Below, piece after piece: positions 1 to 12,705 of a DNA stretch of 64,000 nucleotides. The position numbers were made by a program, and so were the translations under genes. The notes under the pieces were generated by a model, which saw only the letters and a list, made by a program, of their open reading frames with translations, was not told the origin of the DNA and ran no database searches. Within the stretch, counting starts at the first letter, position 1; every line of letters begins with the position of its first letter. This DNA comes from Blasia pusilla. Taxonomy: Eukaryota. The stretch spans positions 34,534,001 to 34,598,000 of the forward strand of contig CM114271.1 of assembly GCA_050084515.1 (NCBI GenBank), in the 5' to 3' direction.

Positions 1-3000
1 CATTGGTCTAGTCTTCGAAAGGATTCTAGTGTGTGGTATGTGTGGACATGAGAGACTTATCACCTTAGGGGAGTTTAATCATACTAGAAATAGTGGATGG
101 TTTGGCTTGTTATTTTCCCAATGAGAGTGGATTATCCTTCTTGGAAGAGCATCTTCGCCAAACACCATTCTAGAGGACAGTAGAAGATGTTTGTCAAGTA
201 TGGATAGGGATGGAGCACGAGTTGTGTCCGATCTTCCTTTCCTTAACCCATATCACGTCAAGATTCTCTTTGTAGTTAGGCACTAGTTCACTCGCTATCT
301 AATTTATCACTTTGGGGAGGCGTTCATGAACCAAGTCATGCAATCTCCAACTACGTGATTCTTCCTATAGTCACATAAGGAAGAACATGGGATTGTACTT
401 GGTACCCTTCATAGATCGTGTAACTTTCAAACCTACGACATTCAAATAATGGGCTTGACGAGTGACCAATTAGAGTGACGTCTAGAGGAGGTATTTTGAC
501 GATTGCAGTTACATGGGCTGAAGCTGCATCCAAGCAAGTGCAAGTTCTTCTATAACCAGATTGAGTACTTGGATCATACGATATACCTAGGGGGCCTTGG
601 TGTGCAACAGAAGAAGGTAGAGGCTATTTCATGCATTCCACGCCCTACACATGTGAGTCGAGTTTGTGCATTCATGGGATTGGCGAACTTCTATCAATGG
701 TACGTCAAGGATTTCAGTTCAATTGCGAAGTCGCTAACCTTGCTCACCAAGGTGGATCAGGAGTGGCACTGTGGGGATAAGCACAACACAGCATTTCAAC
801 ATCTCAAGGATACATTGACGTCTGCGCCTATATTGAGGAGACCAATCAAGGGGTGTCCTTTCCAGTTGCATACCGATTGGAGTATATTGGGGCTTGGAGC
901 CGTGCTCACCCAGCATGACGATGATGGTAGAGAGTTCGTGATGGCTTACGCTAGTTGCTCAAACAACGCTGCAAAGGCAAAGTATAGCTTGTATGAGGGT
1001 GAGTGCTTGGCTGTAGTGTGGGTTGTCGTACATTTCAGATGTTATATATTCAGAAATCCCTTTACCATCATTAATGATCATCAACCACTTAAGAGGTTTA
1101 TGGAGTCGGACAAGCTCACATGGAAGCTTGCGAGGTGGGCTCTTTTGTTGCAGGAGTATGACTTCCAGGTGGTGCATAGACTTGGGATGTTCAACCAGGA
1201 TGCAGATGGTTTGAGCCATAATCCATGCCCGAGTTAGCAAGATTCGACTGGAGCTCGTTGGCATGGTGAGAGTGATGAGCAGTTGGTGCCAGGATGGCAC
1301 GCGTTAGCCTTTTTGGGATTGTTGGCTATGGAGAGCTAGATTGTTGAGACTTTGATGGCGAGGTCTGATGGAGAGTCCTTAGATCCAGAGGTCGGTGAGG
1401 AGACGATAGGTGGTCGAGAAATTCACGACGATGGAGTGGTCTTGGAGTACCTGCGTACAAGTAGCGTCGCAAGCACAGTGGGTGCTAGAGAGCAGGATCG
1501 GATCCTACGGCGAGCCAGACGGGTCCGGTGGGAGGGGACACATGTGTTGCAAGTTTAGGAGGATGATAGAGTGCGTGTTGTGCCTCATCCTTTGCAGAGA
1601 GCACATTTGATGGATCATGCCCACGAGGAGTTGGGTCATTTTGGAGTGAAGCGGACGTACAAATCGCTCCAGATACAATATTGGTGGCGAGGCATGCAGA
1701 TTGACGTTCATCAGTTTGTTGCAAGTTGCATGGTGTGTGATCAAGTTTGAGCATAGTTCAATGCTCCAACTCCACAATTGCATCCACTTTCGATCATAGA
1801 TTTAGGTTATAGATGGAGTTTGGATTTTGCAGGACCTTTGCCTTTGACAGAGCGCCATAGTCATTATGTGTTAGTAATAGTCGAGCACTTCTCAAAGTGG
1901 GTAGAGTTGGTTGCATTTCCTGATAAAGCGAGTGAGGGAGTAGCGTATCCCTTCCTAGATTGAGTGCTGAGTCATTACGGTGCATCAGTTGAAGTGTTGA
2001 TAGACCAGGGTACAGAGTTTCACGAGGAGTTTCAGGCCTTGTGTGATCAGGCCCTAATCGACCACCATACCATTTCACGAGATCATCCTGAGGCGGATGG
2101 ACTAACAAAGAGGGTTGTGCAGACGATGAAGAGAGGATTACGCAAGTATGGTCTGCAGAGAGGTCACCTAGGAGATTGAGACCTCTAGTTTCCGTGGTTG
2201 GCGATGAGATACAGATTCAGCTGGCAAGCATCCTTAGCGTCTTTCTCACCGTACTTGTTGCTTTATGGTCGAGAGCCAGATTTACCTGCGGCCATTCGTC
2301 GAGATGTTGGTGAGATATTGAATCTTGATGACCCTGATGTATGGATGCGAGCATGTTCTCAGAGGGCTGAGTTGTTTCGAAGAGTGATGCCCATGGCGTT
2401 TGAGAACTTGGCGATTGCGCAACATCGAGATACGTTGAGGTATGCGACTATTCGGGGAGGTGGTTATCAACCTACTATCCAGAGGTTTCATCAGGGAAAC
2501 TATGTCTACTTATAGTAGACGACACCCACGACATTGGATGTGACTACATGGCGCATTATCTTGAGAGTGCATGAGATTTTGCCATCCGGTGTTCTCTTAT
2601 TGGAGGGACGCGATGGTATGGTTTGGAAGGACCATGTGCGTAACTGTGCGTCATGTCATCTTCCAAACATTGACGGTACAGTTGATCCAAGCTTAGTGTT
2701 AGTTCGTGCAGGCTTGCGATGTATGTTATGTGGTTCTGCCCGTGGTGCAGTCACTATGCAAGTTTGTGATGGATGTTCGAGAGGATGGCATATGGCATGT
2801 CTAACGCCACCTCTCCTGGGGTTCCTCAAGGACGATGGATGTGTCCCAGATGTACATAGAGTAGGTAGTTCTAGATTTCGACTTGTGTCCATGACATGGA
2901 TGACAAGAAGGCGACTAACGATGGGGTCACATGAGCACCCGGCCTTTTTGGTCTTAGCGTTCGAGAGATGTATGTCATGGTAGGTAGGGATAGATGGCTA

Positions 3001-3039
3001 TCTGGAGTTAGAAGGACCTAACCACCAACTAGGGGGACG

Positions 3040-3168
3040 ATTGGAGATATTTTGGTACTTCTTGTCTTGTTGTTTGGATGCCATGAGTTAGCATGGGATC
3101 ATGCATGTTTGTGTGTATGTTTTTTTGACAACGATGTATGTTGTGTAGTGATGTGTATGCGCACGACA
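3040..3168 (+). repeat. Partial terminal repeat (segment B), a direct repeat of the distal part of the adjacent LTR (3681-3794)
   Basis: attggagatattttggtacttcttgtc...gatgccatgagttagcatgggatc...tatgcgcac..gaca occurs at 3040-3168 and again at 3681-3794. The first copy directly follows the G-tract at 3031-3037. Confidence 0.92.
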
Positions 3169-3170
3169 TT

Positions 3171-3794
3171 TGTCATGACTTTTAGGATAGATCGGCGAGA
3201 TCTAGTAGAGCGCCTTCGGAGATACTGGAGGATAGCCTCAGAAGGTTGAGGTTTGACCTGCTAAGGCCACTGGTAACCTGAGAGAGAAGGTTTTCCCCTT
3301 TGTTTTGGCTCATTTGGAGCCATATATAGAAACTTACTATTTTTGGTAAGTTTACATTTAGAATATAGTTGGATTTCTACTTTGGGAAGTAGCCCTTGGC
3401 CCGCTACGGCAGGTAAAGAGCCAAGGAGGTGACTTGTGAGCATAGGTTACCGAGGAGAGAGCTTGGGAGAGGGAACGGGGTATACCTCCAAGAGAGAGAG
3501 AGCTTGAGAGCTCATTCTCTCTTTGTTGAACCTCTTGGCATGAGGCGGCGGAGCTATGGTCCCTTGCCTTGTGAGTGTAACCCAAGCCTTTCATTAGGAG
3601 AGTGGGTTTGGTTTGACATAGAGAGAGAGTGCACACATTTGAGAGCTATGGTATTGAGAGAGATTGGATCTACTAGATTTATTGGAGATATTTTGGTACT
3701 TCTTGTCTCGTTGTTTGGATGCCATGAGTTAGCATGGGATCGTGCGTGTTTGTGTGTATGTTTGTTGATAGCGATGTATATGCGCACACAGACA
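3171..3794 (+). repeat. Putative full-length LTR (~624 bp, TGTCA...GACA)
   Basis: Terminal TGTC/GACA inverted repeat and a TATA-like tatatagaa near 3323. A diverged homologous unit with matching boundaries stands alone at 9641-10156. Confidence 0.75.
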
Positions 3795-6700
3795 TGAACG
3801 GACGACGAGGCGAGTGACCCCCCACCATCTCGGCGTGACGTATCAATCCCAAGGCTTGTGCACATTGTGACGTCATTGAGATGCATTGTCGAAAATAAGT
3901 AGTATCTACATAGAGGGAAGGATTACAAGAAGGGGCAAGGTGATGATTCTCGAGGGAGTGGTGAGCACATGTTGTCAGGAAAGTATCAAAAGACACATGT
4001 AAATGATCGAATACTTCCACTGCAGAAGGAATAAATTCATCAACCACATGTCTCATGATTCGGAGACAATCGTTCAATCCATGTCTTGTGATTCAGAGAA
4101 AATCCATCCTCTTAGTCCCATTCCTGGTTTCTTCCCAAATTTTCATTTAATTTTCCTCTAAATTAAACTTGAAAAATCAAATTTTTAACTAATTACGGCC
4201 TAAACCTTTAAGTAAATAAATTTTGTAGCTAGGAATAAGAATGAATAGGAGGAAGACTCGGGAACATCGCACGATCCTAAGTCTTCTTGATTTGGGTAAA
4301 AGGAAATTCCCCTTTTCCAACTCTCATCTATCCCTAAACCCTAAACAAACGACACACCCCACCACCCCAAACCCAACGTCTCGCCATGTCCATTCCCTTT
4401 CTTTTTCGATGTTCACATGAATGGCTCATTCCCTTTTGTCTCAAAATGAAATTATTATACAAAATTTGATTCCCAAACTATTTATTGATTGCAATGGTGC
4501 GTTCATAATTTAAAATCTCTAGCAAGATGCTCTCTTTTAATGACTTTCATACATGTTTTTCCACACCAAAATGGGTCCCAAGACTCCCAACGTGACAATA
4601 ATTAGTTTTAGAAAGGCACGTGTAGTAGCAAGGGCAAACACCCTAAAGAACAATTATCCCCTGCTGGTATAAGGGCGAACACAAAAGAACAATCCTCCGA
4701 TTATTTTATAAATTGAATGATTGATTTTTCGTCAAAAGATACCGAATAAAGAATAGATAAAATACGCGACATCAATGCAAAATATATGCTATATAGGGGA
4801 GTCATTCCTACGTCCGGAATTTTTATTTGAACCTTTCTCACGATAGGTATCCTGCCATATGTCCCCGTAGCAAATAAGACGAAAATGACAATTGCGAAGT
4901 TGATTTTTTTAAAACTCGCCATTTGTCTACGGCATACATCCGGGTGAGAGGATCCTCCGCGGACGGCCCAGCATTGACACGCCCTATTGCACCCCCGGTG
5001 AGAAAGCGCACAAAGACATGACAGAGGGAGGAAGGAAGGTAAAAGAATAGCACCAATGGCGCAGTTGCCGAGTTCCTTGTGAGCAATCAGTCCGAATTGG
5101 GAGTGATGAACTCGCGTCACCGCCATCCTCTGGCCAGCTGGCTCATCCGCAACTGCGGACAGTTTATTGATTATGACTCTGGTGACAAAGTGCGCCTTCC
5201 GTTGCGAGCAGTACGATCGATTCAGCAGGGAATTGCGATTCTGTGGTCTGACCCGCTGGTCCCATGGAAGCTTTTCAGTCACAGGGACGGGATTACAACT
5301 GCCGGTATGGCGTGGCGTTCGCCGTGTCGGGAAAGTAAAGCTGGAAAGGAAGAATGGCGTGTGCTGTTAACAGATGTGATAACGAAGTGGACGAAGAACT
5401 AGGGGCCAGCTCCTCGAAATGGAACATGCACGTAAGTTCAATGTGTTCGTTGCGCCCCGTCTATGTCAGTACGGGTACTCTCCTACCAGTACGATACCCA
5501 TTCCCGGGACTGCACTTAAGCATACGACATGGTACCAATTGAACGTGAGTTTCCAGAACGCAGAAAAGGATCTCGGGGATTCAAGTTGTCTACACCTTAT
5601 TTAGTACTTTATAAGTTTATAATTGAAAACAAGGTATTTTTTTTATAAGTGGTAATCAGAGTGGGGCTCACCGCAATAAATGCTGCTAGAGCTCGGCTGG
5701 CACAGCTTCGAATCTTCGATGGAGTCGCGCATCCGAAAACAGCTGCTGCACGCTGACGACGCCTGATCCCCGAACGAAGAGAAGTGATGAGTGATCCGTT
5801 GAAGGCACCACTAGTGCGGCGGCATCGCTACCAGGTCACCTCGGACAAACGCTATGGGGTTATATGCATCGGTTTCGGTCGCGACTCGCGAGAAGAGGGA
5901 AGGAATGAATTCTGAGAATCGGGGTAGATGCCGTTGGAACTTGCCATGCTTGGCCGTTGTTGTGGCGTCTTCCAGAAATGGTCTGCGTACCCTGACGTTC
6001 AGCGAATCGGCGCTCAGGCGAGCGTATTCGGCTTGCGCGGCGATGCTGGTGCTACTATTTCGAGACGGTAACTGACCGTAACTCATGAAAGATCCGCTTA
6101 ATCGACCGGCTACTTGCTCTGACGGAGTCCGACCGCGAGGTTTACGTTCTTGACGAAACTCCCGCAAGCTCCTACGACACTTCCTCGTTTTGTTTTGCTT
6201 TGTCTCTCTCTGGTTTTGTTTCGTCATACGGAAGAGTCGCCGGGTGATATTGCATTCGAGTCATCCGAGCTTTGACATTCGTAAATGGCGTAAGGCAGCG
6301 TAGGCCTATGTTCGAATTTCAAAATGCAGCTAGCTTGGCCGCACTTAATCTCCAAAGCACCCGGCGATTTCAGTCTCGCTGCTCGCTCGGCTGTCCCCGT
6401 GGATGCGTTCTGCCGTTGGGAGCTCCGGCGCGCTGCAGCTCACTGTCCGACTGGCCCAGGGTAGTTTTAAATGCACTCTGCTTTTACCGTATCTCTTTCT
6501 TTCTTTCTCTCGACGACGGCCTATGCGGGTCTCTGGTATGCCTCGCGAGCAGCTGGACAGTAGATTCTGTAATATGATGCTGGACTGTACTCTCGCACCA
6601 ACTCCCTTACACGAGTAACGTCATCGGAGCCATGCCAGCCAGGATAGAACTTCGTTCACTGTCGCCTCCCCGGATCAGCGCGTCTCGACAACGTAAGCGT

Positions 6701-7767
6701 GCCCAGCGCTTGCAGGACAACCGATCCACTACTGTACCACAACACCGCATCCTAGCGTTCGCCGCTCTCGACGGATGGCGGCTGTTCTGCTCTCGAGCAA
6801 CAATAAGACTCTCTCATGTCCGTCCCCGCTATCACGCGTCGGCCATAGCCTGGTCTCCTTTCCTCGCGAGGATGATCCATGTCAGGTGAAGAATTGCCTC
6901 ACCGTTTGCCTGTTTTCTTTTTCGTTTCGTTTCGTTTCGTAGCGGCACTCCATCGCGAGTTCGGTAGGGAATTAAACGAAGCCTCGCAAGCTTCCACCTC
7001 CAGTCCCCTCCCATCGCCTCGCGTCGTACCGCAGCCTCCCACGCCATCTGATGAATATCGCGGGATCGCACTGATTCTCCACCTCTGCCACCCAAGAAAT
7101 CCACGGCATAGCTAGTAGCGCACTCATTGCCCGCCCGTGCTCTGATGAGGATCCCCTCCCTCCCCGCACTGCACGGCTGCCACGCCGCGCTGCGCCTCTG
7201 CCATTGCTGCTCTCGCTGTCCGGCTGTTGTGCATCCGGAGTCCGGACGGCCGGGCTGGCTGCCTGGCTGATGCGTCTCCGCCACCTGACCCATCCATCCA
7301 TCCATCCATCCCTCGGCGCCAGCGGCATCGGGAGCAGCAGCAGCAACAAGGAGGAGCGGGATAAACGTGATCGCGGGTCGATATGCTACTGTACGACGGC
7401 GACGGCGGATCTCGGACTGCGCGAGGCCGTCTCCGTACGGCTCATCTGCGACGTCGGCTACGGCGTCGCGATTTCCGTGCCCCTCTTTGTATCTCCTTCC
7501 ATGTATATTTTAGAAGGCCCGTTCAAACACTACTTTGTTGAGCCCACGGAGAAATTAACAGTTCTAATCTATATGTAGTTTATCCTCCTCTCTCTTACAA
7601 GTATGATTCAATTTCCCTCAACGATACTTTTGTCTAAAATTTGGTAAAAAGAGTGAAATTATTGATCGGGGGCCATAGTTATTAATAGGTCGCGTATGGC
7701 TTTCCATTTGGAAAGTGGCTACTAACCCTATATTATTGGAGAGTGGCTTCTTATAATGTCCTTCTCA

Positions 7768-8030
7768 GTAAGAAAATAACGTTTCTCATGCACTTATTAT
7801 TATCGTCCATGGGTCCTGCTAAGAAGATAGCATTTCCGATGCACGTATTATTTTCGTCCATGAGTCTTGGCGAGCGAGTAACATTTCTAATGGTACGTAT
7901 TTTTTTCGTCCGTGGGTCCTACTAAGAAAACTACCATTTCCAATGCAATTATTCTTTTTCGTCCAGGGGCCCAAGTAAGGAAACAAGTTTCTAATGCACG
8001 TGTTATTCTCGTCGCAGTAAGAAAATAACC
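7768..8030. repeat. Minisatellite, ~51-bp unit, about 5 imperfect copies
   Basis: Recurrent unit resembling taagaaaataacatttctaatgcacgtattattttcgtccatgggtcctgc at about 51-bp spacing. Confidence 0.85.
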
Positions 8031-9640
8031 TCTATAATCCTGGCGTGATCCTGGCCTATGAATGGAATCATACTCGGAGGAAGTGAGATCTTCCCTCTCT
8101 CCATTGTTGTCCCACTACTCTACTTAAGAAGACCACAAATGACAATAATCTCTCGAATTTCACTAGGTTTAGGCCATCTATCTAGTGTCGTCATAGGCAC
8201 TTATTGTGCTCTACCCTCAAATATTAGATTTCATGTTCTCCACCCTCAAATATTTTTGTAGGGGGGGGGGGCACGACTTGAGCTAGCTAGTCTCGACAAA
8301 CATTCTTTGGTCAATCCAAAGTTGCCTCCATATGCGTTAAGTAAAGCCAAAACTTAGAAGCGAGTGAGAATATGTCTCTCTTTTCTTTTGGGTTTTCTTT
8401 TGGGTTAAGTAATTTCGAAGGAACGTTTCCTCGAATAACGACCTCAAACGATAGAGTCTAGAGGGGTAAGGGATGCTCCAACGTTCGGATACGAATGAAA
8501 TACGAAGATTGAGTATGGGAAATGTATTTTTTCGCTTGGATTTAATCTCGATGGATTGAATTCTCCCCATCTTTTTTTTCGAAGTTTAGGTGATTTCTTA
8601 CACTTTACAATTTGGGTTTGAGAACGTATCCATCGTTGAACTTTTACATGCAGAATCACAACGAATTTGACCTTGGATGTGTCATGGGGACCTCTTCATT
8701 TTCCATGTCCCCAATTAAATCCACGTCTTCCTATTTTCATTGGCTTTTTTCAAGCTTTTTTCTCCTTGCTTCGTGCTTAATTTTCGATAATTTTTCGAGA
8801 TTTATTTTTTATTGTGATAAAATTTATGAATTTTTGTCTACAAATTTTATCTCCATTTTTCACCATCTTATATGGTATACGCCTAGGTTTGTCCCTCTAA
8901 TTCAAATTAGTTCCTCGCCCGTTTCCCAATTGTTGTGATTCTTGATCCACCATATCCAACCCCTCCACGTGCATGTGCTCTCAATCAATTAACTCCTTAA
9001 TGTAATCCAAGACCCTATAGGTTGTCACATTAGTCAGAACGGCGTCCAACAACTCTTCATCAACTCTCTCATAGTCATCTTAGTGTTGGGCATTCTACAA
9101 AACCTCCTTTCCCTTTGGGAGATTTTTCTCAGGCTTTGTGAGATTTGGAGCTTCTTCAGTTGGTGTCTCGTCATTTTCCTCATTCTATACTTTATCATCC
9201 CCACTGTCACTCAAGCACCTCTTTGGTAATGCTTCTTTGTAGGCTTCCACTAACTCATCATTATTTGCTATAGATCTAGACATTTTCATCTTTTCCCATA
9301 AATGGTCAATTTTCAAGAGTAGCTAGAGAGCATAAGATGAAGAATTATGATTCCTTAATATCATGTACAAAAGAGAAACATTCCCAACATATGTGAGGAG
9401 TTCTCTTCTATTCAAAAATCTTGATACTTTTTCTTGATCCTTAATAAAAACTCTAATCATTTTTGCATTTCAAAATTACTTTTTTCTCTTTTTTTGAGTA
9501 TTGAACATATCTTTGTTGGCCCTAAGCTTTGGAAAAAAATTGTTTCCCATGTAAAATTTATCTCTGAAAGTTTTTTGCACTTAAGATTTGATCAAATTTT
9601 TGTTTAGACCCAAACTCAAGATTCCAATTAGAGAAGTCAC

Positions 9641-10156
9641 TATCACTCTAGTTTAGGCGAGCAACTTGAGGAGATTGGTCAAAGGTTGGAAAGATGCTTC
9701 CTAGGGAGACGGTATGCACTTAGGGAGACTTAAAATGATTAGCGCTTGGTGTTTTTTTGGCTCCCTATGGAATCTGCAACTGGTTGAGTCTTTGGAAATC
9801 AATCTAAGTCCTCCGCTGTCAAAGCTCAAGGTTGAGAACACTTTGGGGCGAAGCAAAGCAAAGTGGAGAACGCACTCTATACTCATATACCTCCAGGTGA
9901 GAGAGAACTTGGGAGCTCATTCTCACTCACTAGAAAAATGGGTTTAGTTTGACATAAGAGAGATTTTTATGATGTGATAGTGTGGTTACATTCAAGATTA
10001 ACAATTTTCAAAGAGAGAATCCCAATAACACACCTTTTGGTTTATGATCGTGTGTGTGTATGGTTTCCATGATTGAGTTGGGATTCCAAGTTGTTAAACT
10101 TGTTGGATGGTGGCAGCAATATATGTTGTGTAATGATATGTACACGTACGATGACA
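9641..10156 (+). mobile_element. Diverged solo LTR of the same Gypsy family
   Basis: Shares ordered blocks with 3171-3794: tatacctcca..gagagag..cttg.gagctcattctc and tgggttt.gtttgacata.agagaga. Its end (tatgttgtgtaatgatatgtacacgtacgatgaca) resembles segment B. It starts tatcac, probably a decayed tgtca. No target-site duplication is recognisable. Confidence 0.7.
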
Positions 10157-12400
10157 AACATTGAGATAAAAATGGTGAAAAAAATATCATAAATAGGAAA
10201 TTTCCAAAATGGAGAAAATTAATGCTTGGATACTCTTCATGAAATATTTCTAGTCATGGAGATGTGATTTGAATATTTTTGTTGGATATTTCTTGCAAGC
10301 CCAACAAATGAAGAGCTATAGTGGAAAGCCCTCAAACACTTGTTGCAATTTTGCATTTTGATATGAAAGAAGATGGTGCAAATAAAAGTAAAGATTGATT
10401 TTTTACATGAAACTCTCTTATTCGAATTCTTTTAAAAATTTTATCCTAAAATTTGAAGAAAAATCCTTGTCTCTTTTCCCTTCTTAATTTGGGAGAAAAA
10501 AAATCCCCATTTCATTCTCCAAAATTGATTTCTGTATTTAATACATTAAATCAGTCTCATTGTTTTGAAAATAACAAATTTTTCCTACCATTCTCTTGTT
10601 TTCTCACCTTGTCTTAAAAAAGAACTTCAATTTGTTCCAAAATAAATGGAAATTTTCCTCACGTCTATTCATCCTCGAGTTAGTGGGACATAGGTTAGAA
10701 GTGGGTTGTAATTCAAGAGGGGCTCATGTAAAAAAAGCTGCACTCCAAGACGTTCGAACTTGGGATATGCATCCCTATAGTTAACATGTCCTCCATGACG
10801 CTTAAACTCAAGACCCGCATCAATGTAGTTAACATGTCCTCCATTCCACCCGAGTCTCCTGCATGTTATGAAGGGTATTAATAAGTTACTTACTCTCTTA
10901 TCATGTGATTTAGGGATCTTGACCTCGAGTTAACTGACCGGAGGTCCGGAGGATAACTAGGCGGTAGGAAAATTTCCACCCAACCAAGTTTGAAAATCCC
11001 ATTATTTTTAAAAATTTTAAAACATATGGGAAAATTAATAAATGAGAGGGGAACTTGGAGAATTTATGGAAGATTGAGGGAAATAATTGAATTAATTAAT
11101 TATGTATAGAAATGAGAACCTATAACTTTTTCTTCTTCTCTTTCTCCCATTATCCCCTAAGCTTAGTGTAGGGAAGCGCTAAGAAAAATTCACTCGAATG
11201 GCTTGACGCACAACATGCATAGAGAACTTGGTAGAAAATTACCGATTCCGTTGATAATATTATTTTAGTTGCCTAGGAAACGTAATTTCCCTATGTAGTT
11301 GAATGAATTGACATTTAGACCCACATTTTGCAATCAATAAGGTGTCTCAAAGCTATCCTTGTGTGGGGCATAAGAGCCACTTTGTTATAGGCTTCATATG
11401 TGGCCTCTCACTAATATGTTTATAGCAAACTTACAAATACCATGAAACCTATTTTGGAAGCTTAAGTCCTCCAACAACATACCCTACCCCATTTTGACTT
11501 AGGGCAAGCCATTCTATCCCAAAGTTATGGGCGTGGGGTTTCTTTGAGCATAGTAGAAAAGAATGACCGTGGATGGTGACTGTTTCCTTTCTGGAGGCAC
11601 ACGAGCCTATGATGTATTCACAAGTCCACATTCATCCCCTTACATATAAGTCAAAATTATTTCGGCATGAAACCATTTATTAACCATAAAATTATTTCGG
11701 CATGAAAACATCGCACACATAGTTGTGAAAGAGTCATTCCCTATGTCCAAAAAAATTAAAGAATTCTATGGGGAAGTGGGTACCGTGTGTGGAAACTTGT
11801 AACCCCTTCTAACTCATTGGGCCCACTATGTATGTGATCTGTTTTTCCAACCATAAATTTGAATGACCCTATCTAAGTGAAGGGTGGATGGGAGCAATTC
11901 CAAATTTTTTTGGGAAAAATGGAAGAAAATGAAGGAAAAAAGTGTAGGGAAAAGAAGCTTAGAAGAGGCTTTTGAATTTCTCAAGCCTTTTTTTATTTAG
12001 TTTTTTATTAAGTAAACTGAATGGACTTAAAATTTGCATTTGTCCTATGACTATGTATCTCCTTTATCATAGCGTGATGGATTCTCTCATCACCTTGTAA
12101 ATTGAAACCTTTCATGGATGTAATTATTTCTTCTTAATTTTTTAAAAGGATTCTACATTACTTCCTATTTAATTATTTCTTTGATTTTTACAATCCCAAC
12201 CACATCCATCAATTTTTCCAAGGACCCACATCCATCCATATAATTGAAATAATCATGTGTACCTCCTGAAATGAGAAATCTATGATCGAGCATGCATATA
12301 AATGCATGCTTCTAAAAATACATAGAAAAAATTCAGAATTTGTTTCTTTTCCACCTTTATAAAAATTACGAATATTTCCATTTTCTTTTTGCATTTGTTG

Positions 12401-12705
12401 CCTCCTCCCCTTGTTGGGATGTCATTGCCTTTCCTTGTCCTCTTATGAGATTTGTTCTTTTAATAAAGGTGACACTTCACTTATTCATCCATATAAACCT
12501 CCTCCCGTTCTTGCAATGATATTACCTTTGCTTGTCCTCTATCTTAGGTTTTTTTTCTTTAATAAAGGTGACACTTCACTTATTCATCCACATAAACATC
12601 CTCCCGTTATTGGGATGATATTACCTTTCCTTGCCCTCTTTCTTAGGTTTGTTTTCTTTAATAAAGGTGATACTTCACTTATTCATCCCCACAAACGTTC
12701 CCGTC
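12401..12705. repeat. Tandem repeat, ~99-bp unit, about 3 copies
   Basis: taataaaggtga(c/t)acttcacttattcatcc recurs at about 12461, 12560 and 12659. This explains the repetitive ORF 12411-12713. Confidence 0.9.

Larger units (their letters stand above)
471..3794 (+). mobile_element. Ty3/Gypsy LTR retrotransposon, 5'-truncated and decayed (RT C-terminus, RNase H, integrase, C-terminal PHD finger, 3' terminal repeats); copy 1
   Basis: ORF 503-1237 has RT end and RNase H motifs (GLKLHPSKC, LHTDWS, GAVLTQ, YEGECLAVVW, DHQPL, ARWALLLQEYDF, NQDADGLS). The integrase H2C2 zinc finger (AHEELGHFG...CMVCD) and core (WSLDFAGPLP, DQGTEF, HPEADG) follow, then a PHD finger at 2720-2859. Many in-frame stops and frameshifts. 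Colinear with the minus-strand copy at 53.6-59.75 kb. Confidence 0.95.

Noticed and set aside
1-470. Upstream continuation of Gypsy copy 1 (expected RT and MTase)
   Set aside because: Similarity to copy 2 stops near 471. The sequence to the left is unrelated and unassigned, so the MTase cannot be confirmed in copy 1.
3040-3794. B-A-B unit as an independent TRIM element
   Set aside because: No PBS after B1 and no clear PPT before B2. A+B has its own TGTC/GACA ends and occurs alone at 9641-10156, which fits A+B being the LTR.
4332-4345. CCCTAAA repeats (also near 31328) as telomere or interstitial telomeric array
   Set aside because: Only two units each, which is common telo-box or TE-associated sequence in plants.
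7768-8030. Regularly spaced repeats as a CRISPR array
   Set aside because: The units are tandem with no unique spacers, there are no cas genes and the context is eukaryotic. It is a minisatellite.
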